Positions 1 to 14,600 are shown, numbered from the stretch's first letter. The stretch: DNA of 64,000 nt from Phoronis australis (GCA_002633005.1 NMRA01000144.1:716485-780484); one strand, 5' to 3'. Made by a program: numbers and translations. The notes: generated by a model not told the origin, from the sequence alone.

Positions 1-624
1 AAATTCGAAAACATCTTCTGAAAACGCACAAAAAAGTGTATTAGTAAAATCTACTGATTTTTAAGTGGTTTTAAAAAACAATCGGTAAACTCACCGATTT
101 TTGTCTCATTACTTTGATACGTGTCTCTTCCGATAAGTTAGTACCTAACGTGCAGACGAGAACTCCAAATTGGAACGCTAAGTCCCGCGTGGTTGCGCTG
201 CACGCGAAACAAGATGGCGGACGAACTTTGGAGCCTGACGAAAATAGGTAACCGGACGATATATGTTTTTATGATAAAAAAAACTTATTCTAATGCGGTG
301 GTGAAAATAATGGGAAAATTACAGCAAAAACAGACTCGGTGTTTAATGATATCAATTTTAGAAGTTCCTACCAGCAAATCAACAGGCACTAAAGCCATTT
401 GTAATATACCATAAAACTACTAAAAGGCTGAAACAAATAAAATTCTTAAATCGGAGTGGTTGCTCTTACAAGAACAATGCAATAAACTTGACTTTCGATA
501 ATAAATTATAAAATAGCACTATACAAGCCCCTTTTGAAATCTCCAACCAATGGTAAGTGCAGTTCTTGATAATTGTGCCACTCAAAATGTAGCATATTGG
601 CCACAGTTAGCAACATTCAACCAA

Positions 625-900
625 GGGCCTGTTTCATGAAAAATAACTTCAGTCGAAAATTTGGTCTTACGCTCCACACAACTATTTCTGGAAAATGATT
701 AAATCTCACTTGAGCAAAAGCCCAAAGACTCTCAGAATAAACACATAACTGTTGGTCAATGAGAGGTAATTTGATTGATTATTTCTAAATTGTAACGCAG
801 CCATAATTACACGGCTAAACCTTATTTCAGAAATAGTTAAGTGGGAGCATAAGGCCAAGTTTCTGTCTTAAATCTCAAGTCACATTCATGCAACAGACCC
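625..900. mobile_element. MITE with imperfect terminal inverted repeats
   Basis: Termini GGGCCTGTTTCATGAA ... TTCATGCAACAGACCC, plus internal inverted segments (aactatttctggaaaat / ttatttcagaaatagtt). Confidence 0.6.
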
Positions 901-1014
901 CATGTCAGCACTTTGAGTGAAAATTGTTTTCTCCATCGTTTACCCAGCACTAACTAACCCACAACTTATGCAAACAGGCAGATAGCCGCAGGCAAAACAT
1001 AAATAACTACTTAC

Positions 1015-4000
1015 TGTACACCTGAGCATGATTGGATCCTGGAACTGATCATGACAGATGGGGCACGAATCACTGGCACTATTCATAGCCTCTTGAGATG
1101 GCTGGCAGCCAAATGACTGAAACAACATTTATTAGGTAATTAACCGTGCGACAATGTTCTTTACCGCCATTAGCAAATGACATTACCCGGGCAACAAGCC
1201 AGTCACCATCACAACTGATTACTAATCACCCAGCCTTACCATTACAGTTTGTTCACTACTTGTGTTTCTTGAATATTATGCAATCACGCTGCATTTTTTC
1301 CAGGAGTTTTTCAAGATACAATTTTCATATTCCATGAGTAGTTTTTCTCACCAAAAGATAAATGAATGGTTTTTATCCAGGCACTTCGCATAAATTCGTT
1401 ATTTTTTTCATTTTTCAAAGGCTTAGTACCTTGTTGCAAATAGTGGAAACTTCACCAAATGTTGTTTTAAAGGATCTATATAGAACAAACCATGCTAGCA
1501 ATACACTGTTTTTTAATCTATATTTTTCTGGAGAAATTTTGCAAAATAAAATTTCACTTGTTGGCCATATTGTGGTCTAAAATAGGTGGAAGATTACCGC
1601 AGTAACTTTTGCCAAGCATAACTGGTTGTATGAACTCAAGTGAAAGCCAAGTTTTCTCCACAATAGCCAGTCTGAGTTACCCAACCTCTGCCAGGATCAC
1701 GGTGTGCCTCATTTAATTACGCAAAATCAGCACCTGGAGTGTCAAGCTTACCAGCAAAGTAACAGTCACGGATTAACTTCTACTACAAAACACTCAGTTT
1801 TAAGCCTGGAACACATTCCCACAGAATAGTGTCATTATCTGTCCTAAAATCCCTTTGTTACGTTAAACAAAAATTAAACGATCTATAAGTCATCCTCCAA
1901 TACTCACACTTTCATTTCTAAACACACGGACTGCCTTCAAGAGTTCTTTCACTTTCTTGAGCAGAACATTTGCCTAGGAAACAGAGAACATAAGTTGATT
2001 CAATGTGACATATACGAAAGGAAGAGGATATTGAACGGTATTCTCGTAAGCCCACCACGTCATAACTGACTTAGGAAACCATTGAGTAAGAAAAAAATCA
2101 AATTACTTTTATCAGGCAGCACAACCTTGAGTAATAACCAGTTAACATAACATGCCATCCATACCCAGCGGCAGTCAGGAGCTTGAAATGAGGAAAAAAC
2201 ATGGTAGAGAAAAATGAATCAAACACTCACTTTACATAAAACGTAGACAATGAGGAGCACAGCAGAGAACCATGGGCCCCCATTTGAGGTGTCGGTGAGA
2301 AAATAGAACCAGGGCAGGATTGGGAGGAGGCTTCTGTATGTCTGTGACACTTCTTCTATTAATAAATAGTACTTCCCCTGGAAACAGTAAAAACATACTT
2401 TCCCTGGAGACAGTAAACGACAGGTACAAATGAATACCAACAACACTTACTGATAATAAGGATAAACGTGTATTACAAAAGCTATTTACAATTAGTTACA
2501 TGCAAATTTACACGGCATAATACTTTTTGAGCCCACACAAAAACCAGACAAAATGAGCCAGATATCAGTAACTTCAAGATAGACAGCCACATATTACAAT
2601 ATCTTCCATGGTGATTATCACCTGTAGTTAAGTACCTACCACAGCACTGTTTAGTGCGCTCGATCCTATTTCTAATTGTCAGTGCTGATACCAGTCTGAG
2701 TACGTGTACCACATTTACCTCGTACATATAATAGTGTAGTGGTAAACATGTGCTGTGTTCTGCCTGCATGTATTCAAGCATGATGTAGCACCAAAGTAAT
2801 ATGAACAATCTTTGGATATGTTGAGCCAAGTTTAATATTATGAGCCACGGTTGACAACTCGGAACCTTTTAATACTAAATAAAAGTGTTGCAAAGACTGA
2901 AGCTCTTATTTTCTATTCTGATGATGAAAAATGATAGTGACATACTCGGCATCTGAACCTTAATATGCAGGTGTAGTTGTGCTGGTGAATAGTAGAAAGG
3001 AAGACAAGGACATGAAAATGCATTGTGCAGTTTGAGCCATGTTTAGACTTTTGACCAGGGAGAAACTGACACATTGCTCACATACCAAAACAAGGGCATT
3101 TAGTAAAGCTTACCCTTTTTCTAAACTTCAACGCCGACTTGGGTATCACAGCTACGACTGCCTTCAGTATGATGGTGGCATACCTCACCACATAATCTGT
3201 GATACCAACCACCCAGAGCAACAACCAAAGGTCTAACCGTGGAAAGTTTGGTAACATGAACATCAAACTGAAATGAGCAAACACAAAATCCAGGTGAAGA
3301 GTAAGTTCAAACAAACTAACAAAAACGTTGACAGGAGTGTGATGATCTGTGCCAATCACAAAGACATCCATACTCAGATATGCATGGCCTGGTCATTTTG
3401 CTTAAATCATGTCGTGAACACATCCACTACCACAAGAAACTGTACGAACACTGCATTTATCCACCTTCACTCTTATCAGGCTTCTATTGTGAGTCAGCAT
3501 GAGTGAATAATTGGCTGATAAGCCACCTATGGAACTACTTTTGGCTGAATGGATGACCAGGCCATAAAATGCTAATTAGCCAAGACCAGTTAATTAATGC
3601 AACAAAGAATAATGTCAGTAGCATCAACTAGCCTTGTTGGAAAGCTGTATACTGTATTGGCTCTAATAAACGCTTAGAAAAATTCATTTCACGGGAAGGG
3701 GACGCTTATTGTAGCCTAAGGCAGTTGAAACCCGGTTTCCGAAACGGGTAAAATCGGAAGCTAGGATTCATCAAATTTACGCTCTGTGACGTATTTGTAG
3801 CCTATGACAGTCTTTCTACAAAATTGTGGTGCATTGCTATCAAACACCATTGTTAAATTACTATCATTTTTCAAATAATTGTGCTGAAATCTCAGGGCGA
3901 AAACTTGCCGACTGATACATCGCTGAATCGCGATCGTCAATAGGAAAACTTGAATTCTTGAATAAAAATATAGTTTCGACTCAACAAATTACCTGAAATC

Positions 4001-7000
4001 TTCCTTATGTTTTACAATTTTTTAAGTTCATGTGGAGTCCAGATTGATTGCGATTAAGTCCAAATCTGCGCTACATCGTACCCCACAACACGAAAAAAAT
4101 CTCTGGATGAACACACATGTTGTTGTCACGTGACGTTCGTTTTGAAGTTCGTCTGCATATGAGAGTGAGTGCGTGTGCGGGACACCGACGACAGACTTTT
4201 TTGTTACAAAAGGCGGAGGATTATGCAAGAAAATGGCGTTTACTAGAGTGTTTTTCACTTAAACGGCTGCAACGTGCAAGGTGAGTGCCGGTTAACTCAC
4301 AGATTTTGTGTGCACAGGCAGACGGTCGTTAGCTCTACCGTGGAGTAAAACATTAATAGTCCAAGGCTCGATCTACATGTTGCAGACGAGGTGACGAGGT
4401 GAACTACTTGAGCTGTGTGAAATTTCTGGGTCTAACGGAGACACTGACGCAGTGGTCAACCAGCTCGCTGTATCGAGACTATAGTCAAAATCCAAATTCG
4501 TTTTATCGTGTCCCTGTCAATAATAACGGCATGCTAATAACGTTCGTACTTCAGGAACATAACATTACGTGTTTTGTACACATACGCGCACGCCGCAGAT
4601 CACATCTTGGAAATTTCCGATTTGACGGATGACAATGAATGAGCACAATGAAATTAAACGTTGTTTTACAGCTTGTAAGATTCATAATAAACTTATTTTG
4701 AATACTGCAATGCATGTGTTCCAAAATCAAAATAACTTGGGTCCTATATTTTTGTATTCATGCGCACCGAATGAAAGTAATCGTGAGTGTTGCTGTGTTG
4801 CAAAATCTCTTATCCTGAGCCGATTTGAAAAATTCAAAGTTGTACTCAAATTCGTTTTCGCTCCTCTTTTCGAATATTACAGCAAAAACTACGTAAAACT
4901 ATATCCATAAAAAGTACAGTCTGCTAGCTAGATTGTAATCAGCTGATCGTGAGCCGAGCGGGACTCAGCCAAGGTGGATAAATACGGTCTAGTTCAATCT
5001 GCCAAACCCCACCGTTTACCCTGATAGGCGGGGTTTGGGCCAATCTTATTTAGTGGGAATGTTTATAGCATGTGGATGGGATGTCATGACCATATTTGGA
5101 GAAAATCAAATAACATAGCACTATTTTATATAATTGTGTTGTTATTAATCAGCGCGTTGATATCGTACAAGTAAGAATTATAATTCTTCAAACACACCAT
5201 AAATTGGTCACACCACGTGACCTAAAAAGATATCTCAAAACTTTTTAGATTTAATGGCACGTTCTTTCAAAAACAAAGTTGTGTATTTTGCGGGTAACCA
5301 ATGTCACAAAACTTTCAGCCATAATTTCAATGAAAATCAATGTGCAAGAAATCCAAATATACTTTTTTCATTAAGAATGACTGTTTCATATTTGTGAGCA
5401 TTAGTAAAAGTTATGATTTCAAATTGAACTTTTGTTGAGTTCATGTTACATCTTTGAACAAAATATATTGACATCACGTCAATTTGTTACGGATCAGTCA
5501 GCGTGAACTTAATCAACTCAGTTCAATCAACAGGAAGAAAGCCAATGTTTCACAAAACAATTTTTCATTAAAGCAATTCCAAAACCCCCCCAAGCTATGA
5601 CCTCAGTAATAATAAAATCAGCAATTAAAATGTCTACAATTACATAGGAATAGGTTATCTAGATGTATTTCGTTTATCCCATAACGTTTCAGAATGTATC
5701 GACAACAGTCTGTTCACTGACCACTATTTACACACCACACTCACCTCTTATACAATAGCTGCTTGTCAAACATATAATACACACACCAAATGTTGATAGT
5801 CAACAGAAGAATAATCCAAAGTAGTACCAGGGCAGTTCTACCATAGCGACGGTTTTCCTGCGAAATAGATACAATTGACAAAAGATATCAATATCACTAA
5901 TTGTATGCCTTGAGTAGATACCTGATCGGGATTATTTAAATGAAGGAATGTCAGGTCTCTCTCAAAAATAAAGATAGAGAAAAATGCAATTGACCCACAT
6001 AAACTAACTGTATCGCTAAATGACCACAAAATTTTTGTTGGACAAATGTTTACTGTCATCAACAATTCTAAAGTATGTCAATGTTTTTGTCGTTATCATG
6101 CAAAACCACCTCTGAAATCTCAGCAAACAAAAGTTTAAATTTGACTTACAATCTTGGATCATGAGAGTGACCTCAGGCAAGAGGAAGTGATAATAACACA
6201 ATGCAGCTTGTCAGAGATCAACAAGTTTTAAATCATAAGTTTTATTCTGGGATTTTTAAGATGTTTAGTCCACTAAACACAACATCCATGATGTGCATTC
6301 TTGTCAGAGATAACTCAGCAGACAAAAGTTGATGATAGAGATAAACTTCATCCGCAGAATGATATTCATAAGGTAAGTATAACATCAAACAGGAAGCAAG
6401 CTTGATAATTGCCAATCTCTGCAGCAACGCGCCAGTCATTTCACATTGTCATCCGTCTATCAATGGATTTTGGTGTAAAGCGGACATGGGACTACAAATT
6501 TCTCAAACAGTCACACTTAGCAACAATGCAAGACATTACCCTCAATGCAATCTGTGTTTTCAATGTGCTGTTGGCATGCCAGTAGGTAGCTAATAGCCCA
6601 GCAAAAACAAGAATACCTAAAACGACAATAGAAAAGGTGTTGATTAGACAAAAGAAGTCCACTCAGTATTTTGTATCAATTAAAGGTGCTATGAACCCAT
6701 CAATCACAGAACACACATTGTTATTAAACTGATCTCAATTTGTTCACTACTCAGATTAGACGGCATTTCTGAATATAGGAAGACCTGACAGTTATTGCTT
6801 GAAATCAAGTTGGTTGCCATGGCAGCTCAATTCATGTGCCTAAAATGGCCTCGGGTAATAACAAACTGTCATTTTTCCAAGCCCAAAATTCACTTCTCAT
6901 CAGATTAATGAAGTAGCCAATACCACCTAATGGGTAACAGGGCTAAATCAGAAGTTTAAGGGTTTATTGATTAAGTCTTCATGTAAATATGCTCAAACTT

Positions 7001-9018
7001 GAACTTGCGTACATCAGAGCAATGAAATTTTCAAAATTATGTAGAAACATAGGAAAATGTCCTAATTTGGATAACTTCCAAACATCATATCTCAGAAATG
7101 ATCAGATTCCTTCAATATGCTTTAGGCATTGTTCTCCAAATGCTATTAGAAACAGGTTTTAAAATGTTCCACTTTCTAAACAAGGCTAACAAAAATATGA
7201 CTTTCAGGAACTTTATGACAAAAAAATAACTTGCATAAAATAAAATGATAATTTAGAAAACTGTGTTTTTTGAAATTTCACCTTGAACATTTAAATCAAA
7301 CAAAATTCAGTTGTGGAATTGATACCATTGTTTTGCTATGACTGTAACTTTTTTGCTAAAATTTACTAAAAAGGCATGGTCACGTGACCCAATGAATGAA
7401 TATTGGTATAAAGTCAAGAGTTAAATTCTGCAGGCTTTCTACGTTCATTGTTACTGAATGAAATTCAAAAGTTGTGTAAATACTTGGCTAATTACACACA
7501 GTGTTTGATAAAGTCCTACATAACCATAATTTTGATACAAAATCCTTACTAGACAAAACGCATTTCAAAACATGCATTTTCAAAATGTAATAACTTTTAC
7601 AAAATAGACAGAGGGAAAAATCAGTTTCCAGATGAACTTGTGAATTTTCAAGACACTCACCACTAGAGCAATAACGGAACAGTAATCTCAACACTTCACA
7701 ATGGTGCTGAACTAGCACATAGTCAGTAAAACTTTTTTACAAAAAGTCCAACGCAATAATACTCAAGGGGGATCTACAATTGATCGGACTTCAAAACCCG
7801 GATTTCAAAACGAGTCGGCTGGAATGCAAAACCAAGTGGCCGGTGACCAAACGTGTTGTCTGCACTTTAAAATGCGATGGCCTCAACCAAAAAATAGTTG
7901 GCTGTACCCAAAACACGATGGCCGGTGCTATATCAGTTGGCTGGTGATCAAACCTGATGGCCTGACATCCTCAGAGACTTGCTTTGAATGTCACAGAGGA
8001 TTCAAGTGGCATCTAGTGTTTAGTTTTCATTCCCATTAGTTTGTTTTGTTCAAAATCAGCGATTTGTTCGGCTATTGTGTTTGAGCACCAGCCAACCCGT
8101 TTTAGGTCCGGCCAACCAGTTGTTTGGGTGTGGCCATGTGGCTTTGAGGTACCGGACAACCTGTTTTGGGATCTGACCACCAGGTTAGAACACCGGCCAT
8201 TGGGTTTTGCAGTACAGTCAGCTGGTTTTGAAGTCCGGGGAAGTGGTTTTGAAGTCCCCCTTGATACTGAAACTTGATTTTTTATTGCTTCGTCACCACC
8301 AGGGAATTCCAAAGTGTCCAGCCAGAAATGTTTAGAAAGAACAACATGAGATTTGCAAGTACCAGGGCCTGCCTCACAAATAATTAAGCAAAGAAATTCC
8401 ATAACTACTACGTAGAATTTTCAGAGGTATGAAAAGGTGACAGTTCTTTCAGGAGGTCGGAACTTTTCTGGCAACAACTGCTTTTATAAATGGTCAGTAA
8501 GAGATACATGCAAACATACACAAAAACTTATGAGTTTTAGTTAAACAGGCAGTAAAACTCTTACCTAACCGATGGTCATACAACAGCTTAGCCGACATAA
8601 TCACAACAAATATCATACTACTCTCCACCAGTTTCCACACAGCACGCCAGTCCCTAGGGCCCGTAGGGCCATCATGTTCATGTTGATGTCCATTGTCATC
8701 ACCATCAGGTTCCTGGTCACCATCTGGCATTTGAATTACGGCTGATGCATCTTCTGCCACATCATGGGAGTGCTGATGGTGATGACCAGATAGAGCTCTG
8801 TGAAAGTGCACCGTAGTGTTGTTGTTAGGACCATTGCCGGCACTAGCATTACCGCCTGGTCCAACAACCTGTGCTTGTGATCGGCGCTCAACCATCACTT
8901 GACGAAGGACCTGCTCAAGTTCCTCAGGAATCCTGCCTTGGGTGTTGAGAGTCAGATTGATTGGCAAGTCTTGCAGGGGTAATGTGTACGTTCTTGAGTC
9001 TGATGACCCCTCTGCCAT
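1015..9018 (-). CDS. RNFT2: RING finger and transmembrane domain-containing protein (RNFT1/RNFT2 family), 3'-partial, 7 coding exons in window
   Basis: Phase-compatible GT-AG exons on the minus strand: 9018-8565 (MAEGSS...AKLLYDHRLG), 6616-6540 (ILVFAGLLATYWHANSTLKTQIALR), 5857-5745 (ENRRYGRTALVLLWII...DKQLLYK), 3267-3114 (LMFMLPNF...LLWVVGITDYVVRYATIILK), 2377-2231 (GKYYLLIEEVSQTYRSLLPILPW), 1973-1908, and 1116-1015 (CPICHDQFQDPIMLRCT, first half of a C3HC4 RING). The second half of the RING lies beyond position 1. RNFT1 vs RNFT2 cannot be resolved from sequence alone. Confidence 0.9.
7763..8264. mobile_element. Palindromic MITE in RNFT intron
   Basis: TIR TCAAGGGGGA ... TCCCCCTTGA with repeated sub-terminal cttcaaaac/gttttgaag motifs. 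TAC lies on both sides (7760-7762, 8265-8267). Confidence 0.7.
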
Positions 9019-9494
9019 TGTTCAACCAGTTCTAAGGTCTCATAATTTCAGCAAAACCCCTTAAAAAGATTTTAGAAATATGAAATCGAGCGAGATGGAA
9101 TATTCAATGAATATAAAACTCTGGTGGCTTAAGATTTGATAGCTTGGTGCCGCCCATATTCCAGGAATGCTCACATGTATGTCAAAAGTAAGTTAGAAGG
9201 TACAGTACAAGACAAAAGTAACCACGGCAGATAAAATACCAGTACTCCATAATGATGACTAATTGTGTTAACCGCAAAGATTACTGATCATAACTATTAT
9301 GGCCACATAATTCTAATTACACTATGGGTTAGCCACTTTACCAACTTTGTTTTTAATTCGCCCATCATTCTCGGCCATGAGGTAAGACTAATTAGACGAT
9401 TAATTCGGCTTCCACACAGTCATCATGACGAGAAATTCTGGCTTATTTGTATGAACACATTTTGTGTGTACTGTAATACAATTACACTGATTAC

Positions 9495-9730
9495 CAGAGG
9501 CGGATCTACAGGGGGGGTTCAGGGGGTTTAAACCCCCCCCTCGGGACAGGATCAAAAATAAAAACTGGAAAAAAAATCGCCAGAAAAACGAAATTAGCCA
9601 CTAAAAATCCAAAAAAATCGTACACGGGAGGAGGGAAACCCTCTCGCGACCTTCCTTCTCCTCGGCGCTACGCGCCTCGGATTCTCTCGAATCCTAAACC
9701 CCCCTTACTGAAATCGTAGATCTGCCACTG
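9495..9730. mobile_element. Short non-autonomous DNA transposon (MITE) with 5-bp TSD
   Basis: TIR CAGAGGCGGATCTAC ... GTAGATCTGCCACTG. TSD ATTAC at 9490-9494 and 9731-9735. Confidence 0.75.
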
Positions 9731-10169
9731 ATTACCATTAATATGTTGGTGGACTTACACATATGCATTTACCATACCTCTGCAAAACAAAAACATTATA
9801 TGTTCTGAATGGCCACAGCCATAAATGCCATCCAGTAAAACCCATGTTTTCGTACATGCAGTTTAGGCTTTTTCTATATTACGACTTCAGATTCTTAACT
9901 TGAAACAGTGATATTGTGGAGGTGGATTTCACAGTATTTATGCCATGGACCTAAAATTTTCAAAATAAAGGCACAAACAGAAACTTCTTTGTTCAAGTAG
10001 AAAATACACGGAATTTCATGGATTCAAATGAATGAAATATTTTGCTGATGGTTTTTTTGACTTTAGAGTCATTTTTGTCTAAAAATTGCAAAGTTTTGCA
10101 TCATAGACGAGACATCTTAAGTTATTTGAACAATAACAACATATTAAATATAACTATTTCCAAATAACA

Positions 10170-10325
10170 GGTGGAGTTCATTAATATGTGGACTAATCAG
10201 AGTTCATTGGTACTGTGGTCTAGTTAGAGTTCATTGATACTGCGGACAAGGTAGAGTTCATCAATACTGTGGACTATAGGTAAAATTTGTTGATTGATAC
10301 CATGAATTAGGTAGAGTTCACTGAT
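10170..10325 (+). repeat. Degenerate ~28-30 bp tandem repeat
   Basis: About 5-6 copies of gtagagttcattgatactgtggac-like units. Confidence 0.65.
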
Positions 10326-11130
10326 GGTCTCTAAGGTTCAACTATTTACAGTTGCAAACACGTTTTATTAAGGAATTGGAACTTGCCAAATTCACCAAGT
10401 CGTTGTTGCATGTATGTTTATTCATCAACATTTCTGTGCTACCAATAGCTAAAATTAAGTTATTGAAGACAATAATGGGACTGAATGAGATAGTTAAATG
10501 ATCAATTTAATATAGGAACAGACGCGCACAACAACATTATTTAATGCTTGTGGGTGAAACATAAGTTTGCAGACATTCGAAATTATGTTTGTTTTATAAA
10601 CAGGCGATTATGACACAGTCCTAATATAATAATATTTTCTGATAATTTTCACAATCAAAAAACAATAGAATTACAAGATTGAAAGAAGGAAGCATTTTCC
10701 AATATCATTACCATATGTGCTATGTCCGGCACAACAGCAGTACTTAACTTCTTAAGCAACTTACATTTTTAAGTGCCACTACATAAAATTTTATGAGAAT
10801 CCGGCAATTACTGAATATGTGATCCATTAATCAGTGGATGAAACTGGTGCACTAAATCTGTGACCACTATAAATATTCGACCAGTGCCCCAAGATTAGGT
10901 GGAATTCACCGGTCACAGAAAAATAAGGACAAACAACAGTACGATAATATTTTTACAAAGTTAAAATTCCTGACAGCGCCATCTTCAACTAATTACATTG
11001 GAGATGAATTTCACACAAACCTAAGCACAGCAAAATCCTTTCACTGTAACCTCATTAAGGTACAGAAACGCAAATTCTTAAACGAAAACGTAATCATCAA
11101 TGACGGGAATTTCCATAACAGCAACGTCTA

Positions 11131-11276
11131 TTATATACTGGACAAAAACTGTCTCAAAAGGAACGTCAAAACGGTGACGTCATCGAAATACGAGCTCTTC
11201 ATGCTGGATGTTAGTAGTGCCGCCTGTTGGCTAAGTTACGTAGAGCAGTTGTCCAGTTACGTTGTCCAGTATAATA
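11131..11276. repeat. Small inverted-repeat element
   Basis: tatactggacaa ... ttgtccagtata termini. Confidence 0.45.
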
Positions 11277-11660
11277 CCTCCCCTGGACAATGGTTTCTTA
11301 GGCGAGACGCTTAGTGAAACAAACCTAGAAATATGAACTACATTTCAACTCAATCATTGCACAGAATATTGATATTCCAGCTTTTAATTGCACTAGAATC
11401 CTAACTGTCAGTCTCGGGCGTCAAAAACAACAACCAATGTTTTTATTATAACGCCACACTAAACACGTAGCACTATTCGTAAAACATTAGCGAATAAACC
11501 GTGTCACCTGCATTTTTGTCTACTGACTCTTAAGCTAAAAAATATAGATTTTCCTAGCGAAATATACATTTTGAGGAATTTTGAATGTCAATTCTCGATT
11601 TAAAAAAAATAAATTTCAAAGTAACAGATAGAAGATAACTCTGTATGTTCTTGGTCCTCG

Positions 11661-14600
11661 ATGTTTACCTTTCGTGCTTTACGAAGGCGTTGGGTTTTAG
11701 CCGTTATTCTACTGTTTTCCATCCTTTATTTTCTTTCAAGGATTTATAAAAGAGTAAGTAATTTGACATACATGTTCTGTGGGTTATCGTTTTTATTTGT
11801 TTAGTTTGTTTAGTTTTAGTAGCGCTTCGACTCAGTCTCACTCTCAGTGGCTCTCAACAAGTCAAGCCATAGGTAAAGTCACTCAGTGACTCATAGCCAG
11901 CCAGCCAACTGTATGAAGACTATCGTCAAAATACAGCTAGATACCACTGTGTGTTAATCTTCCATAGACCCCGAAATTGCACACAGACAGGGTAATTCTG
12001 CTCGTTACCTCACCGTGAAACTTGTTTCAACAAGTAAAGCTAAAAATCAGACGGGGTGCATGCAAAATCTGCCAGTGCCATGGGAGTCAACTGACACTCA
12101 CCTTGCCCGTTACAACTGTTTAAGTGAAAAACAATGCCACAGACGTCATTTGCTTGCATCATTCTCGACCTTTTGTAACAATGAAAAGTCTGTTGTCATT
12201 TTGAAAACAGTATGCTCGTGTCGCGCACACGCTATTTTCCAAATTTTTGCTTCTCAGCACCAAAATTGTTCTGAAATTCGGTTTTTCGGTATCGAGATTC
12301 TAAAACTTATAAATGAAGTGAAACCAGTTCAAATAATTTGTTGTGACGTGTACGCAACCTGGTGAAAGAACATTGAAGAATCGGCGAAAAAAGAAACTGG
12401 CCTAAAGGTGACGCAATATTTCATGGCGCCAAAAGCCGACGCAGAAGATTGCTCCACAACTTTAGCAGCAGAATAATGGTAGAATGTCATTTTTTCCATC
12501 ACCGTTAAATAATTTAGTTTATTCAAGGAAGACTGTAGTTTTTAATGGCACTAATTTTGTGTCAGATTTTATCTTACCACTTTTTTACCCACATTGGTGC
12601 ATGGTGTATATTTAGTATACAGCTTTGTACTAAGGCTAAGTGACTCAGTAACTCATTATGTATAGTTAGTATACAGCTTTGTACTAAGGCTAAGTGACTC
12701 AGTAACTCATTGTATATATTTAGTATACAGCTTTGTACTAAGGCTAAGTGACTCAGTAATATTGTATATATTTAGTATACAGCTTTGTACCAAGGCTAAG
12801 TGACTCAGTACCTCACTGTCAAGAATCAAAAATCTCTATTTGACTTCGTTCAAAGAACAGATTAACATTTGCCAGTTGGGCTATTTCTACGACATTAAAT
12901 TTAACAGAAACATGAAGAAAAATGGAAGTTAAGCTAAAGGTGGAGAATAACACAGAGACAAGTATAAAAGTTAAGAGGTCATAATCACTAGAGTCTAGAC
13001 CCACAAAAAATAATGAGTATAAACAATAATAGGTACACGTGTAAATAATACAATCTAGATAAATCACAACTGCACAGAAACGATGGTATACAGTTGTGAT
13101 TTATCTTGATTGTACGTGTACCTTTTATTGTTTATTCTTATTGTCACTGATGACGTGATGTTGGTAGACAGTGACCTGCTGGACTAGAGGCGGTGAAGCT
13201 CCTATAGGTTCTTCATGCGTTTTTCAGCGAATTATGCCTCACACTGATTAAACCTATACCTTTTGCTCGTAGAGGCCAGAGGGACACCTTAGCCATTAGG
13301 CTTAGCCAGGAGACTGTCTTTAGTTCCTTCCAACTCGAACAAATACTCCCGTAATCAAGCTTTTTCTTCAACTTTGAGCAGTTCTTCGATTGCCCAAATC
13401 AACCGCTGGTCATTTTTAACACGGCACACGATAGCTGGTATGACGTCATATATCCTGGGCTGCAGTTGTCAATTTGGGCAACTGAAAGAAGAACTGCATG
13501 AAGAAAAAGTTTGATTACGGAAATATTTGTTCGAGTTGGAAGGAATTAAAGACATCGACAGCTTCCTAAGGTGTCCATCTATGAGCAAAGGATACTTGTA
13601 ACAAAGTGACTGATTTTTTTTTAATCAGTGTGAAACATAATTCACTGAAAAGCTTTCGGTGAATGACAGCTTGTCCATCTCTAGTCCAGCTAGAGTCAGC
13701 GGTCACTGTTTGTGATGTTGGGTTACTGAATCATCCTGGGCAAAGGAGCTCGGAATACATTTAGATCTGTTAGAGGATATCTTTAGTATAGACTATAAGT
13801 AAAAATATACATGCACATTTTTGTTCACCGGTAATTTCTCAGGACTTAGGACTGGCATTTTTTGTAGACACGGAATCTCCTGGCTATGGTATTTTGCCTA
13901 TTGAAGCTATTGATTGTCAACTATATTAGTATGCTTCAAACAATATTGTTCAGCTGCTTCTAACCTTGGCACCATTATGTGGTAAAGTAAAATTTTTTCG
14001 TACTGCCGTCAAGCAAAGTTTAAATTTGTTTTGAAAAAAATCATACTACTGCCAGAACTGCGGTGAAAAAAATGTGCGACTTTCAAGTTGTGATTGGTTC
14101 AGTGACGAATCATTATGAGCATAACCACCAAAATGCACTGATACTCTCTGACCAAAGCACCTATGATTGTTGTTTATCTTTACAATGAGTCTCATGTTTA
14201 ATTGGTACAAACATAGAACTCCAGCCCTCTAACTCCGATCTTGCAGCCAGTGACGTTGCACCCCACATGTGCGAGGGTTGTTTGCATTCGTTCCGGTGTG
14301 TGTACTTGTTATGGAAGTTACACAGTCATTAAACATTTTTGCAACTCTGCCGTTTTTCAACCAGTGTATAAGAGCCGTATCATTGAAAAGCCCTTTCTCA
14401 GTTCTTGAACATTATACCACGAGCAAAATATACATAATTTAATTTATAAGTAGTTACCATTTTGCACTGGTTTAAAAATACTTTTTAATTCTAAAAACCA
14501 AGAGTGTTACCAAAATGATAACATGGAAATGAACCAGAGAGGTTATATAAATGACTAGTTAAGCCATTAGTGAAATATTTTCAATAATTCAAAAGATTTG

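Noticed and set aside
3715-4920. CpG-richer block that could be a promoter or non-autonomous transposon in an RNFT intron
   Set aside because: Could not define termini, a TSD or a coding frame.
8013-8402. ORFs at 7824-8402
   Set aside because: They fall within the palindromic MITE and its internal repeats.
12605-12812. CRISPR-like array
   Set aside because: Units are contiguous with no unique spacers, the context is eukaryotic, and there are no cas genes.
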